DNA of 63,198 nucleotides, filler included, from Fonticula-like sp. SCN 57-25 (GCA_001724245.1; 8 parts of 8 records of this genome joined end to end with filler, not necessarily neighbours in it); one strand, 5' to 3'; counted from the whole stretch's first letter, positions 1 to 10,312 are shown. The notes: a model not told the origin generated them from the letters alone. Program-made: numbers and translations.

Positions 1-496
1 CGATGTCAAGGTCGAGCCGCGCATCGCCGCCTCCTCATCGACATCCTCCCGCAAGCGCCGCAGCGGCAGCGCCCCATCCGCCGCCGCCGCCCCCCTCGCT
101 CCTCTCCCTCTCGACACCTCCTTTATGATCCGCGCTGCCGATCCCACAAGCGCATCCTCCAGCCGCCCGTCATCACCCGGCGCCGCCAACGATGATCTTC
201 TCTCCGACGACGACGGCGGCGAGCAGCCCGACGAGAAGCGCAAGCGCAACAGCGCCGCGAGCGCGCGCTTCCGCCTCAAGAAGAAGCTCAAGGAGCAGCG
301 GCTCGAAGGGCTCGCCAAGGAGATGACCAACAGGGCCGACGCGCTGCAGAGAAAAGTCAGGGGGCTCGAGGCAGAGGTCGCGTACCTCAAGGACCTGCTC
401 ACAATGAAGAGGAGAAGAGAGTTGGAGGACGACGTGCCGAGCGAGCAGAGGCAGCAGATGCAGCAGCAGATGCAGCTCGCTATGCAGCAAATGGCC

Positions 497-533
<37 letters not shown>

Positions 534-571
534 GGCAGTACTATGCGGGCGACAAGCGGATGCCATTATAG
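1..571 (+). CDS. bZIP transcription factor (fungal Cys3/MetR-like basic region), 5'-truncated, poly-Q tail
   Basis: EKRKRNSAASARFRLKKK basic region followed by a heptad leucine zipper (LEGLAKEMTNRADALQRKVRGLEAEVAYLKDLL); frame appears open to the window start. Confidence 0.85.
500..532 (+). repeat. (CAG)11 microsatellite encoding poly-Q in the bZIP gene
   Basis: Direct read of the sequence. Confidence 0.95.
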
Positions 572-992
572 AATTGATGGTGGCGCTCGTTTGGCGCGTT
601 GAAAAGTTTGAATTGACGGTTTTGGACGCTTTTTGCGGTGCGGTTCGCGCCGGAATTTGAGCAAAAAAGGCATCGTAGTTTATCGTTGTAAATCATTAGT
701 GTCAGTCATTATCATTATTGTTGTCATTATTATCATTATTATCGTCATGAATGGAACGAATCGAAAGTAACTCTGAATTTACGTGCAGCATTTTTCACTT
801 GGTTTATGGTAGGGAAACAGTATATTTAGCATAGTCATCCAGTATTTCCACACTTTGTTCACACAAATCTTCAATGGTATAATAACATGCCCAATGTTCA
901 AGCGGCATCAGCAGCATCAGCACATAACAAAACGGGTTAAAAATAATGCAAAAACCAAAACATATCAATCATTCAAACCGCCTCTCAACCAA

Positions 993-2850
993 TCAGCGAC
1001 GCGCCTTTAGCGGCAAGCGGTTCACTTTCTTTGAAAAGCAGTCGCAGCCCGCCGCCTTTGCGCTCGCCCTATCAAACATGGCGGGGTCTTCATCGACCCA
1101 GTCCTCCAAAGGAAAGTTGAGCCTGTCATTGCGCAACTCCCATTGGCGGTCGACGTCAAAGCGCGCATACGAAAGGCTGGGCATGCGGCCGAGCGCGGCA
1201 TCGACGCCGCCCATCGTCGAAAATGTACGCAAAATATCAACTTCAACCTGCAAAGAAATTGATTGTTAATTGAAGGTCAAAAAAAGGGAGGAAACGGAAA
1301 GTTAAAGCACCATGAAGTACCAAAAAAGCACCAAAAAGTTCAACAGCAACACAAAATCACACACAAAAATACCCTAAATTACGTACCACACGACTCTTTT
1401 CGATAGCCAAAAGCGACTTTTGCCCCGCAGAAAACACATCGCTCATGCGCAAATGCTTCAGGTGCGGCAGACCAGAAATGACGCGCGCCAAATTCGCATC
1501 AGGCACTTCATGCATTCCACAAATGTCGAGCGTCAGCAGCATGTCGCCAAGCTGAACAAGCTCGTCAATGCTGCTGTACCCACGTGACCAGCTGAGGTTC
1601 AGCGTCCGAAGGCGGCGGCAGTGCTTTGCCAGGGCAGTGAAAAGGGCGGAAGAAAAGCGCGCGCGCGTCAAGTTCAAGTGAACAAGGCTCGGCATCGACG
1701 AGAAAAACATATCATAATCTGCGTCATTTGCAAAGGTAAAACAGCCTAAAAATCACGTCAGCAACTACAATTGCAGTAAATATCAAAAATTTCATACTCA
1801 GATCGAGGCAGACAAGACTTGGAAGTGACGCGACAATTCCCGCACGCGACGCCTCTTTAATATACCACTCGAGAATATTGGACATGCCCGTGTTGTGCAG
1901 CAGCAGAATCGAAAGGCGCGAAAACACAAGCGAGTGCTCCTGCGACAGCACGTGACTAGGGAGCTGACGAATCACGTCAGAGGCCGACAGCTGGCAGTGG
2001 TTGAAATCAAGTCCGCGCGCATTTTGGCTCAGGACAAACGCCGACAGCTCGGCACTCGACTGGCCTGCAATACAAAAAAATGGTTATTAGTATTAAAAAA
2101 AGAAGCCAAAAAGGAATGGAAAAAGCCACGCGTACCGCTAAATCTAAAGTAACTCATGAGGTCTCTCGAAATAGTCTTCCACCGCCGGCTCACAGAGCTG
2201 CACACGAGCTGATTCCTAAACGACAGCTTGCCCATGATCATCGAAAGCACCTCGTCGGGCAGGTCGTCAATCGTCACCGCCGCCGCGCGGCTTTGTGTTC
2301 TTACAAGCGCGCCCGTCACGTGCTCTACTGTCGCCTCTGACTTGTTCTTTCGGGCTTCCGCCGCCACCCACTCGTCGTGCCTCTTGAGCCTTTCTTTAGA
2401 GAGGAAAGCGTTGCAGGTCGACATGATAGAGACGTGCGACTCGATGCGCATGCGGCGAACGCTCAGGCGGTAATTCTCATTGTGCGCATTCTAGAGACGA
2501 GTTAGTATGAGAAAACATGCAATAGAGACGCTTTGCGCACCTCCTGGTTCTCCTTGACGACCTCCATGTCAAAGAGGCCGACGCGGACGCGCTTCCTGTT
2601 TGGCTCCTTCTTTTCGCTGACGAGGTTCTCGTTGTCGAGCAGCGTCTGCACGCGCCACACGCCAGCTGGCTTAGTTACGGCGTTGAGCGTCGCGGGGGTG
2701 TTTGCCGAGGGGTCAGTCAAGCCCTTCTGCACAAAGAGAATGTCGTCGTCAGAGTCCTTCTCGTCCTCAAGCTGACGCAGACGAGATGCACGGGCGAGTT
2801 TCCGTGGCGCCCGCTGGATGTGCGGGATGCGCCAGTGACGGCGCGTGGTA
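993..2850 (-). CDS. F-box/leucine-rich-repeat protein, multi-exon; start not defined
   Basis: F-box motif IDDLPDEVLSMIMGKLSFRNQLVCSSVSRRWKTIS; LRR segments (LRTLNLSWS, LLTLDICG, LKHLRMSD) in successive minus-strand ORFs separated by GT-AG introns. Confidence 0.75.
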
Positions 2851-3502
2851 GCTATTCTCTCAAAGGGACGGCCGACAGGCGACCGTGAAATTTACAGCGA
2901 AAAAGGTAGAATCAAAGGGGTCAGATGCGGAGAGTGCTGCGATCAAGCTGACGCAAAATCACTCAACGGCGATGATGACTCACAATGATGTCGACACGAA
3001 AAGAACGATCCTCAACAACAAGGAATCGTACCGGGACTCGATCGGGATCAGCAACGCCTTCACGTCAATGACACCCTCACCAGATCCCTCTTGTGGCGGG
3101 AACACGATGCCCACCGTTTCTGAAATCACGTCCGGCTTGGCGATCAGCAATCGTCCCCAACCGTATGCTCAGAGCAGCTCCTTCCTCTGCGCTACTGCTT
3201 CACTCCTTACGCCGCCGCCGCCTGCACCACCCGTGTGCAGCACCAGCACCAGCCGATAAACTGGAAACCTTTTTTTTCCGAAACGTCCGCCGCCGTTTCG
3301 CTCAAAAAAAGCTGCGCGCTGTGTGGCTCGTTGCAAAATCGCAAATTTGAAATTCGATCGACCGTTACGAAATCAATAGTCCAATCGAATCGCGGCAGGT
3401 TCAACCGTCTCTGTGCCCGCCGGGATCCGCAGGGTGTTTACCGTTGTCTGGGAGCAGTTGAAGGGACGAGAGAGGGCCGAGGCAGGATAGAAAAGAGACA
3501 CC

Positions 3503-4666
3503 ATGGCGTCACCACCGTCGGAGCTGCAGCTTTTTATGGCGGTTTATGAGCACCGCCTCGAGTCGATGGGCAAGCTCAACACCAAGGCATGGCGCGAAAA
3601 GGTGCGCGGGCAATGATCTTGAAAGAATCCCTGTGGCTGACTAGATCGCGTGTGCGCGTTTGGTGAGCACAGTTTGCGCGTGCGGGATGGTATCATCCGA
3701 AGGGAAAGGACACGGGTAAGGATGAGCTTCACTGCTTTGTGTGCAAGAAGGCCATGGAGGGTTGGGAGCCGAGCGATGACCCTCGCGAGCATCGGCCCAA
3801 GCCCCCGATCGACCACTGCGCCTGGGAGAACGTCGACAAGGCCGCTCACTTCCGCTTGGCTACATTCACATTTGGCTGGAAGCACGACATGTCCCTGGCC
3901 GAATCGGTGCGCCATTTTACTTTGGCGCGCACCGCTGATCACTGACCGCATGCGCAGCTCGCCGAGTCTGGCTTCTTCTACTCGCCCACCAAGGCCAGCG
4001 CCTCTGAAGTCACCTGCTACGCCTGCGGCGTGTCGTGCAGCGGCGACTGCGCCGAGTACGTTTTTTTTTAACAAAGCCCGGCATCCCGCTCACAATTGTC
4101 GCAGGATGTTTTCCGGCGTCAAGCACAAGCGCGGCTGCTCTGCGCCGCAGACTGCCATCACAGAGTCGGCGTCTTCCGCCGCTCCGTCGAGCGCCAAGGA
4201 GAACGTCGCGCCCGCCAAGGTGAGCGCCGACGGCCCGCCCGCCAAGAAGGCCGCCAAGGGCCGCGCGCCCAAGGCGACCAAGGCCGCCGCCGCCCCCCGC
4301 TCGCGGACAGTGACGCCCGCCCCCGAGCCCACCCCCGAGCCCACCCCTGAGCCCGAGGCCGACGCCATGGAAGTGGAGTCGGTGACCGTGCCCGAGGCGG
4401 CGGACGAGAGCGACGCGATGGAAGTGTCGGTCCCCGAGGAGAGCCGCCGGTCGACGCTCGTTGCCGAAGTCGTGGTGGACGTGCCGAGCAAGGCCGCCGA
4501 GGCGGAGCCGCAGTCGTGGGAGCACACGACGACGGTCGGTCAGTACATGCAGCAGCTGTGCGACGCAGAGGTGGAGCGCGTGCGCGTCGAGAGCGAGGAG
4601 GCAATCCAGCAGTTTATTCAGCAGGTCGACTCGACGAGGCAGCAGCTGCTTGCGCTATTAGCTTGA
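3503..4666 (+). CDS. BIR1: Fungal-type survivin/Bir1 (two BIR domains, low-complexity linker, C-terminal helix); 3 introns
   Basis: Spliced translation gives BIR1 FARAGWYHP...CFVCKKAMEGWEPSDDPREH...HCAW and BIR2 RLATF...LAESGFFYSP...CYAC...KHKRGC; C-terminus TVGQYMQQLCDAEVERVR resembles fungal Bir1. Confidence 0.85.
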
Positions 4667-5016
4667 TCAATGCGTTTTTGTGTAGCTCTAGTTTCGTGAT
4701 ATTGTGTTTTCGTCTTGTACAGCAGTTGGCAGCACGCCACAATTTGACTCTTTTACGTGAATATTTTGCGCAAACATCTCTAGTGCTCCAGAAGTCAACC
4801 AGAAGGAGCACAGCTCGGATCAATTTCACAGAATCTGCCCCGGATTCGGGGGTACTGCATACCACATACCACCCGACACGTCTGTGGTGGTCCGTGTCAT
4901 CCCGAGCGATCCCGTAGTGTCACCAAGTGGAAGGGCAGCGCAGCACGGACCAGTGACACTTGGTAGGCTTTTTATTTGTTACTATTTTCCTCTTACCCTT
5001 TGCTTGCCTAGCCAAA

Positions 5017-6487
5017 ATGAGTCCCCACTCAAAGTTGCGCGTTCGCGTCGACCATGTTGACGCGGACCCATCGATTCGGACACCGAGCGACTTTCTCGCG
5101 TCACTATCTACATCGTCGCTCGTGTACATGCGAGGCGCCGTCTCTGACATTGACGCAATTCTACGTGTCGGCGAGTCCACGTTTGTTGAGGTTTGCTCTT
5201 CACTACAAGTTGCGATTATTAACTCTTTACCCCTTGATTGCTTTGCAGGCGGGACGGGAGCTTGATGGTGTCGCGCTCACAGGGGAGCGGATCACGGCAG
5301 TATTACTCCGCGTAAACAGCCGGATGGACATGGACGAATTGATGAAAATCGCCAACGAGCATGCGCAGGGCGACGTCCAGCGCGGCTCAGTGCAGATCAC
5401 AGAGGCGCAACTGGCAGAGCTCGCTTCGGCCCGGTCAATGGACCGCGCGCCGTCGCACACCGTACGCGCCCGCCGTGACGTTTTTTTTGTATTAACATAT
5501 GGGTTTGATAGGACATTGATACGCTACTTTCATTCGGAACGATCCTCGGCGTCGGCGATGCCGTACCGACCCCATCGTCGCCGAAATCCTCAAAGCACCC
5601 CGCGCTCTGCATCTTTGCCCTGACGCTCGGCCCCGACGTCGACGAAGTCATGGCGCTCGGCGCGGACCCGAGCAGCGAGCACGTTGTCTTCCGCGACATC
5701 GAGACGGTGATCGCGATGGGCGAGTACGGCGACATCAAGCAGCTTCGCCCCAAAGTGCGTGTCCTCGCTGCTTATGACGTGGCGCTCACGGACTGTTTAC
5801 CAGTCAATCATGAGCGCGTCGTCGCCAACGTCGGTTCTTACGCCGCGCGCGACCGACATGGATGAGGTGATCAAGCTCGGCCAGGAGCCCGAAAAGCTGT
5901 CGCCGGGCACCGGAACGACGAGGTCAACATCGATCAGGAGAAGGCACTCTGTTGCCAACACGCAAGTCGAGTCGGTCGCTGGACAACTCAACGCAGAGCC
6001 CGTGCGCACACCACTTTTGAATATGTTTTAAAATATGTTTACTCATGCCGAGCAGAATCATTTGACTGTCTTTACGCAGAATCTTCTTCGCGCCTTTAAT
6101 CTTTCGACGCCATCGCCCGTATCGTCGCTGCCGCCGGCCAGCCCGACCTTTGACGACGACTATGAGGCGACGTCGCCCGTGCACGAGATTGACGTGCTCG
6201 CCGATGCGTCGCCCGACATTGACACGGTGTGCGACATTGGCGACAGCAGGTCGAGCGCGCCAATGTCGACCGCGCAAAAGCTGAAAAACCGCCTGCACTG
6301 GATGCGCAGCGCGCCGTCAATAGCGTTTGGGTCGGTGAGCTCCAAGCAGAATTTGAGCTCGTCAAGCTTGTCGGGCGTGCCGGTCGGGGCGGCAGAGGCG
6401 GCGACGGCGACGCATGACAAGAGCGCGGCGCACGATATCGACCACGTTCTGCTCGTCGGCGGCGACGAAAAGCAGCAGCAGGCGTAG
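5017..6487 (+). CDS. Hypothetical multi-exon protein with eight dispersed D[IVM][DE]xhxxhG motifs
   Basis: Consecutive + ORFs joinable by GT-AG introns; motif recurs in every exon; an upstream exon is possible. Confidence 0.6.
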
Positions 6488-6750
6488 CCGTTTTGTGCTC
6501 ATCTAGTCAGTTTTGTCAATGTCTATCGTATGGGGATGCCCACGTTGTAGTTTTGCCCATCTTTAATGGGTTGGCCGTGTTTCTTTATCGGCCCTGTTGT
6601 AGTTTCTGCCTTCCGCATTGGGACGGTATTTGCCAGTTGATATAGTTCTACATAAAGTGCTTTGCTAATTACAATGTCTAGAGCCCCCGCCGCGGCCCGC
6701 ATATCAATGCATGCTGTTGTACACATAAAAATATTGAAAAAGAAAAATGA

Positions 6751-7805
6751 TCACAGATAGACCTTTCTCAAGTCGCTTGCCGACGTAATAATGTTACACT
6801 GCGGGCAGAGCCGCTTTGTGCCGAGCGTCTCGAGCCAGCACTTTTCGCAATGCGTGTGCCAGCACTGCACCGACACGACGGGCGTGTTGTACGGCTCGAG
6901 GCAGATGAGGCACTTTACCGTCTTGCTCGTCATGGCCTCGAGCTGCTGGATCTTTGCCTTGAGCGACCGCACGAGCACGGCGCCATTGGGCGATAGCTGG
7001 TACAGCCCCGCGCTCCCGTCATCTTGGTCGGCGCCGCCATCATTTGCCGCGTCGCCGCTGCCGCCCGCCACGACCGCTGCCGCGGCGCGCATCATGCGCT
7101 GCACCTCCTCCTCGCCGTCGAGCTCCTCCTCGGCGCGGATCAGGTCATCCTCGGTGTACTGCGCCTGGCCAAACTTTTGCTCCTCGTCCTCGTCGACGTC
7201 AAGGTCCTCGTCAACGTCCTTGTCGTGCTTGGTCGTCGCGAAACCGCTCGCGGCGTAGCCGCCCTCGAGCAGCGTCGACGTGCGCACGCGCTCAACGCCA
7301 GCCCACGTGTACGTCTCCTCGCCACGATGCCGACGCTCCTGCGCGACACTATTGCTGTTGCTGCTGCTGCTGCTGCTGCTGCTGGCGGCGGCGGCGGCGG
7401 GCGCGGGGTTGGCGAGGCACCGGTCAATGTGGGCGTTCACGTCCGCCTCATCGCCTGCAAGCACCTCGTTGCAGATGCAGCACGTCGGGCGGACGTCGAT
7501 GCCTGCGGCCTCCAGCAACGCCTCGGCGTACGCGTCCTGCGACGGCGCGCGCGCGATGCTGTTCTTTGGGGGGCGGCCGCGGCGGGGAGGGCCGCCAGGC
7601 GTCCCGGGCGCGGCCGCCTGACGCCATCGGCGCCCTCAAGGGATGGCGTCGTCCGGCGCGTGAGGCGGCGCACGCCGTCCGACGCATGGAGAAGTGACAT
7701 GCGCTCCTGCTCATAGTGCTCCTTGGCGTGGTCGGCGCGGATTGACCGCGAGCATAGCGGGCACGCAAACATACCGCCGCCGCCAGGCGACACGTTACTC
7801 GTCAT
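6751..7805 (-). CDS. RNF220: RNF220-like RING E3 ubiquitin ligase, one intron (~7618-7672)
   Basis: ETYTWAGVERVRTSTLLEGG, DLDVDED..FGQAQYTEDD and C-terminal RING CLIC...CWHTHCEKCWLETLGTKRLCPQC...DLRKVYL; N-terminal CPLC zinc finger and an RRGRPPK AT-hook-like motif. Confidence 0.9.
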
Positions 7806-8152
7806 TGGGAACGGCAGTAGAGTGTAAAAAAATGCAAAAAGAACTGGGACGGTCCGTCGATGCCGACCCGCCGGTCAAAATCCGCCGCCCTGAGCAACCG
7901 GGATCACGCAATTATAGCGATATCCGGCTATATAAGGGTGTTGCTCGCAGCACCGCGAAACGGCGCGCGCGCGCTCTGAAATTGGCGTCAATTCAAGAAT
8001 GGAACGTCTGCACCCCAACGGAGGCTGGATAGGTGCTCGCGCTGCGATATTGCGTCGCTCCACACAACGGCGCGCCGCGGTCGTCGATGACGGATGACCG
8101 CCGCTTTCGGCGCGAAACGGATGCAAAACACGACGTTGTACATCAATCCAGC

Positions 8153-8252
8153 NNNNNNNNNNNNNNNNNNNNNNNNNNNNNNNNNNNNNNNNNNNNTTAA
8201 TTAATTAANNNNNNNNNNNNNNNNNNNNNNNNNNNNNNNNNNNNNNNNNNNN
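8153..8252. other. Artificial contig linker (N-run + TTAATTAATTAA + N-run); identical linkers at 17269-17368, 24861-24960, 32678-32777, 40248-40347, 48109-48208, 55657-55756
   Basis: Seven identical 100-nt spacers whose core gives stops in all six frames; ORFs break at each one. Confidence 0.98.
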
Positions 8253-8280
8253 AAATTAAAAATAAAAAATAATTTGAAAA

Positions 8281-8400
8281 TTTTGGAGTAATTTTATATG
8301 ATTTTAATTTTTGGGTAAATTTATATGATTTTGGGTAAATTTATATGATTTTGGATAAATTTATATGATTTTAATTTTTGAGTAAATTTATATGATTTTA
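8281..8400. repeat. Tandem repeat, ~5 units of GTAAATTTATATGATTTT(AATTTTT)G (20-27 nt)
   Basis: Direct read near the contig start. Confidence 0.9.
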
Positions 8401-9010
8401 AAAAAATGAAATAATTTGATGTAAAAAAATAAATAGATGTAATATTGATAATGGTTAGCTCATTACTTTTCTCCCCAATTAAATCAAGATAAAACTTGAT
8501 TTGATTAAAAACATATAATTGAACAAACTAATTAGAGAAATTATTGTGTTGATAATTTATACAAAATTGTTAATTATATCAATATATGATTTTTTATACA
8601 AACAGCCATTATATTGAAAAGATTATATGATATGAAGTAATTTAAATTATCAACAAAAGTGATTAATAAACATAAAATATCAAATCGCTATCTTATTATT
8701 TTTTATTAAAATAAAGAAATTAAAAAATAACAAAGGAATTATAAATTAATTAAAGAACAATCAAGACAATATAAACAAAACATAATTTTGATATTAAAAT
8801 TGAGATCCGAACAATCACGCAATAAAATAAAAATAAGAGCAATACACAAGATTCAAATATAATTTGGTAAGTTCATTAACTTTTTTGCACATAAGTAAAT
8901 CAATGCGTGGTATAGGTGAACAATATTAAAATAATATTTAAATTTGCAATAGAGAGAATGATATGAACCTATATCACTTAATATAATTAAATTGAATTCA
9001 ACAAAAACTT

Positions 9011-9528
9011 TGTGAAAAATTGAAATTCTTATTGACTGCTGTGCCCATTCAAAAAGATATATATCAAAACCAATTGGTTATCAAAAATGCTCAGAGTACT
9101 CTGGAGGAAGTCTGGGCGTTGAAGTAAAATTCAACGTTAAAAAAAACGCTACTGATTGGCGGTGATATTTGTTCCTAATCTTTCCTTCTCTTTTGGACCT
9201 TTTTATGATAGTATTTTGCATCCCCTACCACAACTTAATCCGATCATCGGATTAAATTGATCAAGAGTAGGTAAAGCAAAATATTTAAAATATTTAGGAA
9301 GTAATAAGTGATTGGCTTATTTCTAAAAGAAGAGGTCTGAAAAAGACAAAAGGATGAAAAATCAGACACCTGCGACCCAGGGTGTGCATTAATTTGCGGA
9401 GTAGAAGCCACCGTGCTTCACTTGATAGTCTATCGGACCAGACGGTAGAACTAGGCGACCAAACGAAAGTTTGTAGGTTATTTGTGCGAAGTGACACTGT
9501 AACTGAAATAAAAACACTTAGCAAAATT
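9011..9528 (+). ncRNA. Large structured non-coding RNA/leader element, copy 1 (family unknown)
   Basis: Homologous to 16745-17268; multiple helices with compensatory and G-U-consistent substitutions; GAAA tetraloop hairpin 9461-9472; more GC-rich than its flanks. Confidence 0.8.
9016..9023 (+). promoter_or_regulatory. AAAATTGA Mimiviridae-type early promoter motif at the head of repeated element copy 1
   Basis: Exact octamer, conserved at the same position in copy 2. Confidence 0.7.
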
Positions 9529-9542
9529 TTATTACATTCCAG

Positions 9543-9971
9543 ATGGTCGTGGAAGGAGAATTGATTCAATGGAGAATCAACAAGGATCGTATCAAAAAGT
9601 CTTTCGGTCTTTTTTATATGTTGTCCATTCAGCAAGGGTATTCCGATATCACTATCACTGAAGATCAACACATTATTAGACTTGATCCTGATATTGTTTC
9701 CCTCAAGGAAATGAATATCATCTATGGTTACTTTCTAAAAGGTATCATTGAACTGGATGAACATCCTGATATTGACATATATTTGCGTTACCGCTTTTTG
9801 TTGGGCAATATCTTGAAAATGGAAGATTTGAGAAAAGATCCTCTTTTGGAAGAAGAAGAACAATATGAATTGTCAGATTCTGAATTGAATCCTTGGTATG
9901 ATGATTATCCTTATTCTGATGATGATGATAATTGTGGCAATGATTTTGAAGATGATTTTGATGATGATTAG
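9543..9971 (+). CDS. Hypothetical 142-aa viral protein with acidic C-terminus
   Basis: Clean ATG-to-TAG ORF in very AT-rich DNA, directly after the structured element; no recognisable motif. Confidence 0.75.
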   Translation: MVVEGELIQWRINKDRIKKSFGLFYMLSIQQGYSDITITEDQHIIRLDPDIVSLKEMNIIYGYFLKGIIELDEHPDIDIYLRYRFLLGNILKMEDLRKDPLLEEEEQYELSDSELNPWYDDYPYSDDDDNCGNDFEDDFDDD

Positions 9972-10120
9972 AGCTTTCCTATATTGACTTTTTTTATTGG
10001 CGAATATAAAAATCAATAACTTTCATTTATTTATTGGACAATTATAATAAATTCCTTTTATGCTCTCAATTAAATTCAATTAGTTTATTCATAGATAAAA
10101 TAAATCGATCCAATTGTACA

Positions 10121-10206
10121 ATCTTGCATTTTTCGATAAAGTTCAAATTGAATAATAGTCCCTATTTTTTATTATTCAATATGAATTTTATCGAATACAA
10201 CAAGAT
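10121..10206. terminator. Long palindromic hairpin (26-bp core stem 10132-10157/10170-10195), probable 3'-end signal
   Basis: TTCGATAAAGTTCAAATTGAATAATA pairs with TATTATTCAATATGAATTTTATCGAA (one G-U, one mismatch); lies downstream of ORF 9543-9971, consistent with the Mimivirus hairpin rule. Confidence 0.6.
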
Positions 10207-10216
10207 CGTATTACTG

Positions 10217-10312
10217 GAAAAAACTGAAATTTCGACTGTTCTCCCCATTTAAAAAGCTATATATCAATCCAATTGGTTATCAAAAGATGCTCGGAGTACT
10301 CTGGAGTAGCAA
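10217..10312 (+). repeat. Short third copy of the repeated element (head only, promoter changed to AAAACTGA)
   Basis: Aligns to 9014-9106 (CCCATT, CTATATATCAA, CCAATTGGTTATCAAAA, ATGCTCRGAGTACTCTGGAG), then continues TAGCAA like 9519-9524. Confidence 0.85.

Noticed and set aside
2885-3259. 124-aa + strand ORF
   Set aside because: No motif, GTG start, and it lies in the unresolved 5' region of the F-box gene; cannot be supported
7437-7805. Apparent frameshift in RNF220
   Set aside because: Resolved by a canonical GTGCGC...CGTCAG intron at ~7618-7672
8153-8252. TTAATTAATTAA palindrome recurring seven times
   Set aside because: Embedded in N-runs of fixed length; an assembly linker, not biological
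8281-8400. Possible CRISPR-like array
   Set aside because: Units are adjacent with no unique spacers, and no cas genes are present
9104-9117. GAGGAAGTCTGGGC resembles the RNase P P4 5' strand (GAGGAAAGUCCGGGC), with possible partners TCAGAC or TTGGCTT
   Set aside because: The partners lie mid-element and are used in other supported helices; I found no end-joining P1 or convincing CR-II to CR-V. Not called RNase P, though cmsearch should test it
9390-9510. AATTTGCGGAG...TTTGTAGG resembles group I intron P/Q (P4) elements
   Set aside because: No R/S (P7, GACUA/UAGUC) pair in the right order and no terminal G; group II domain V and hammerhead cores are also absent
9382-9564. Short GTG-start ORF shared by both element copies (and the antisense ORF 9294-9671)
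   Set aside because: Non-ATG start, a stop just upstream, overlap with the 9543 ORF, and no frame conservation in the rest of the element. The three differences do all fall at third codon positions, so a small uORF is not fully excluded
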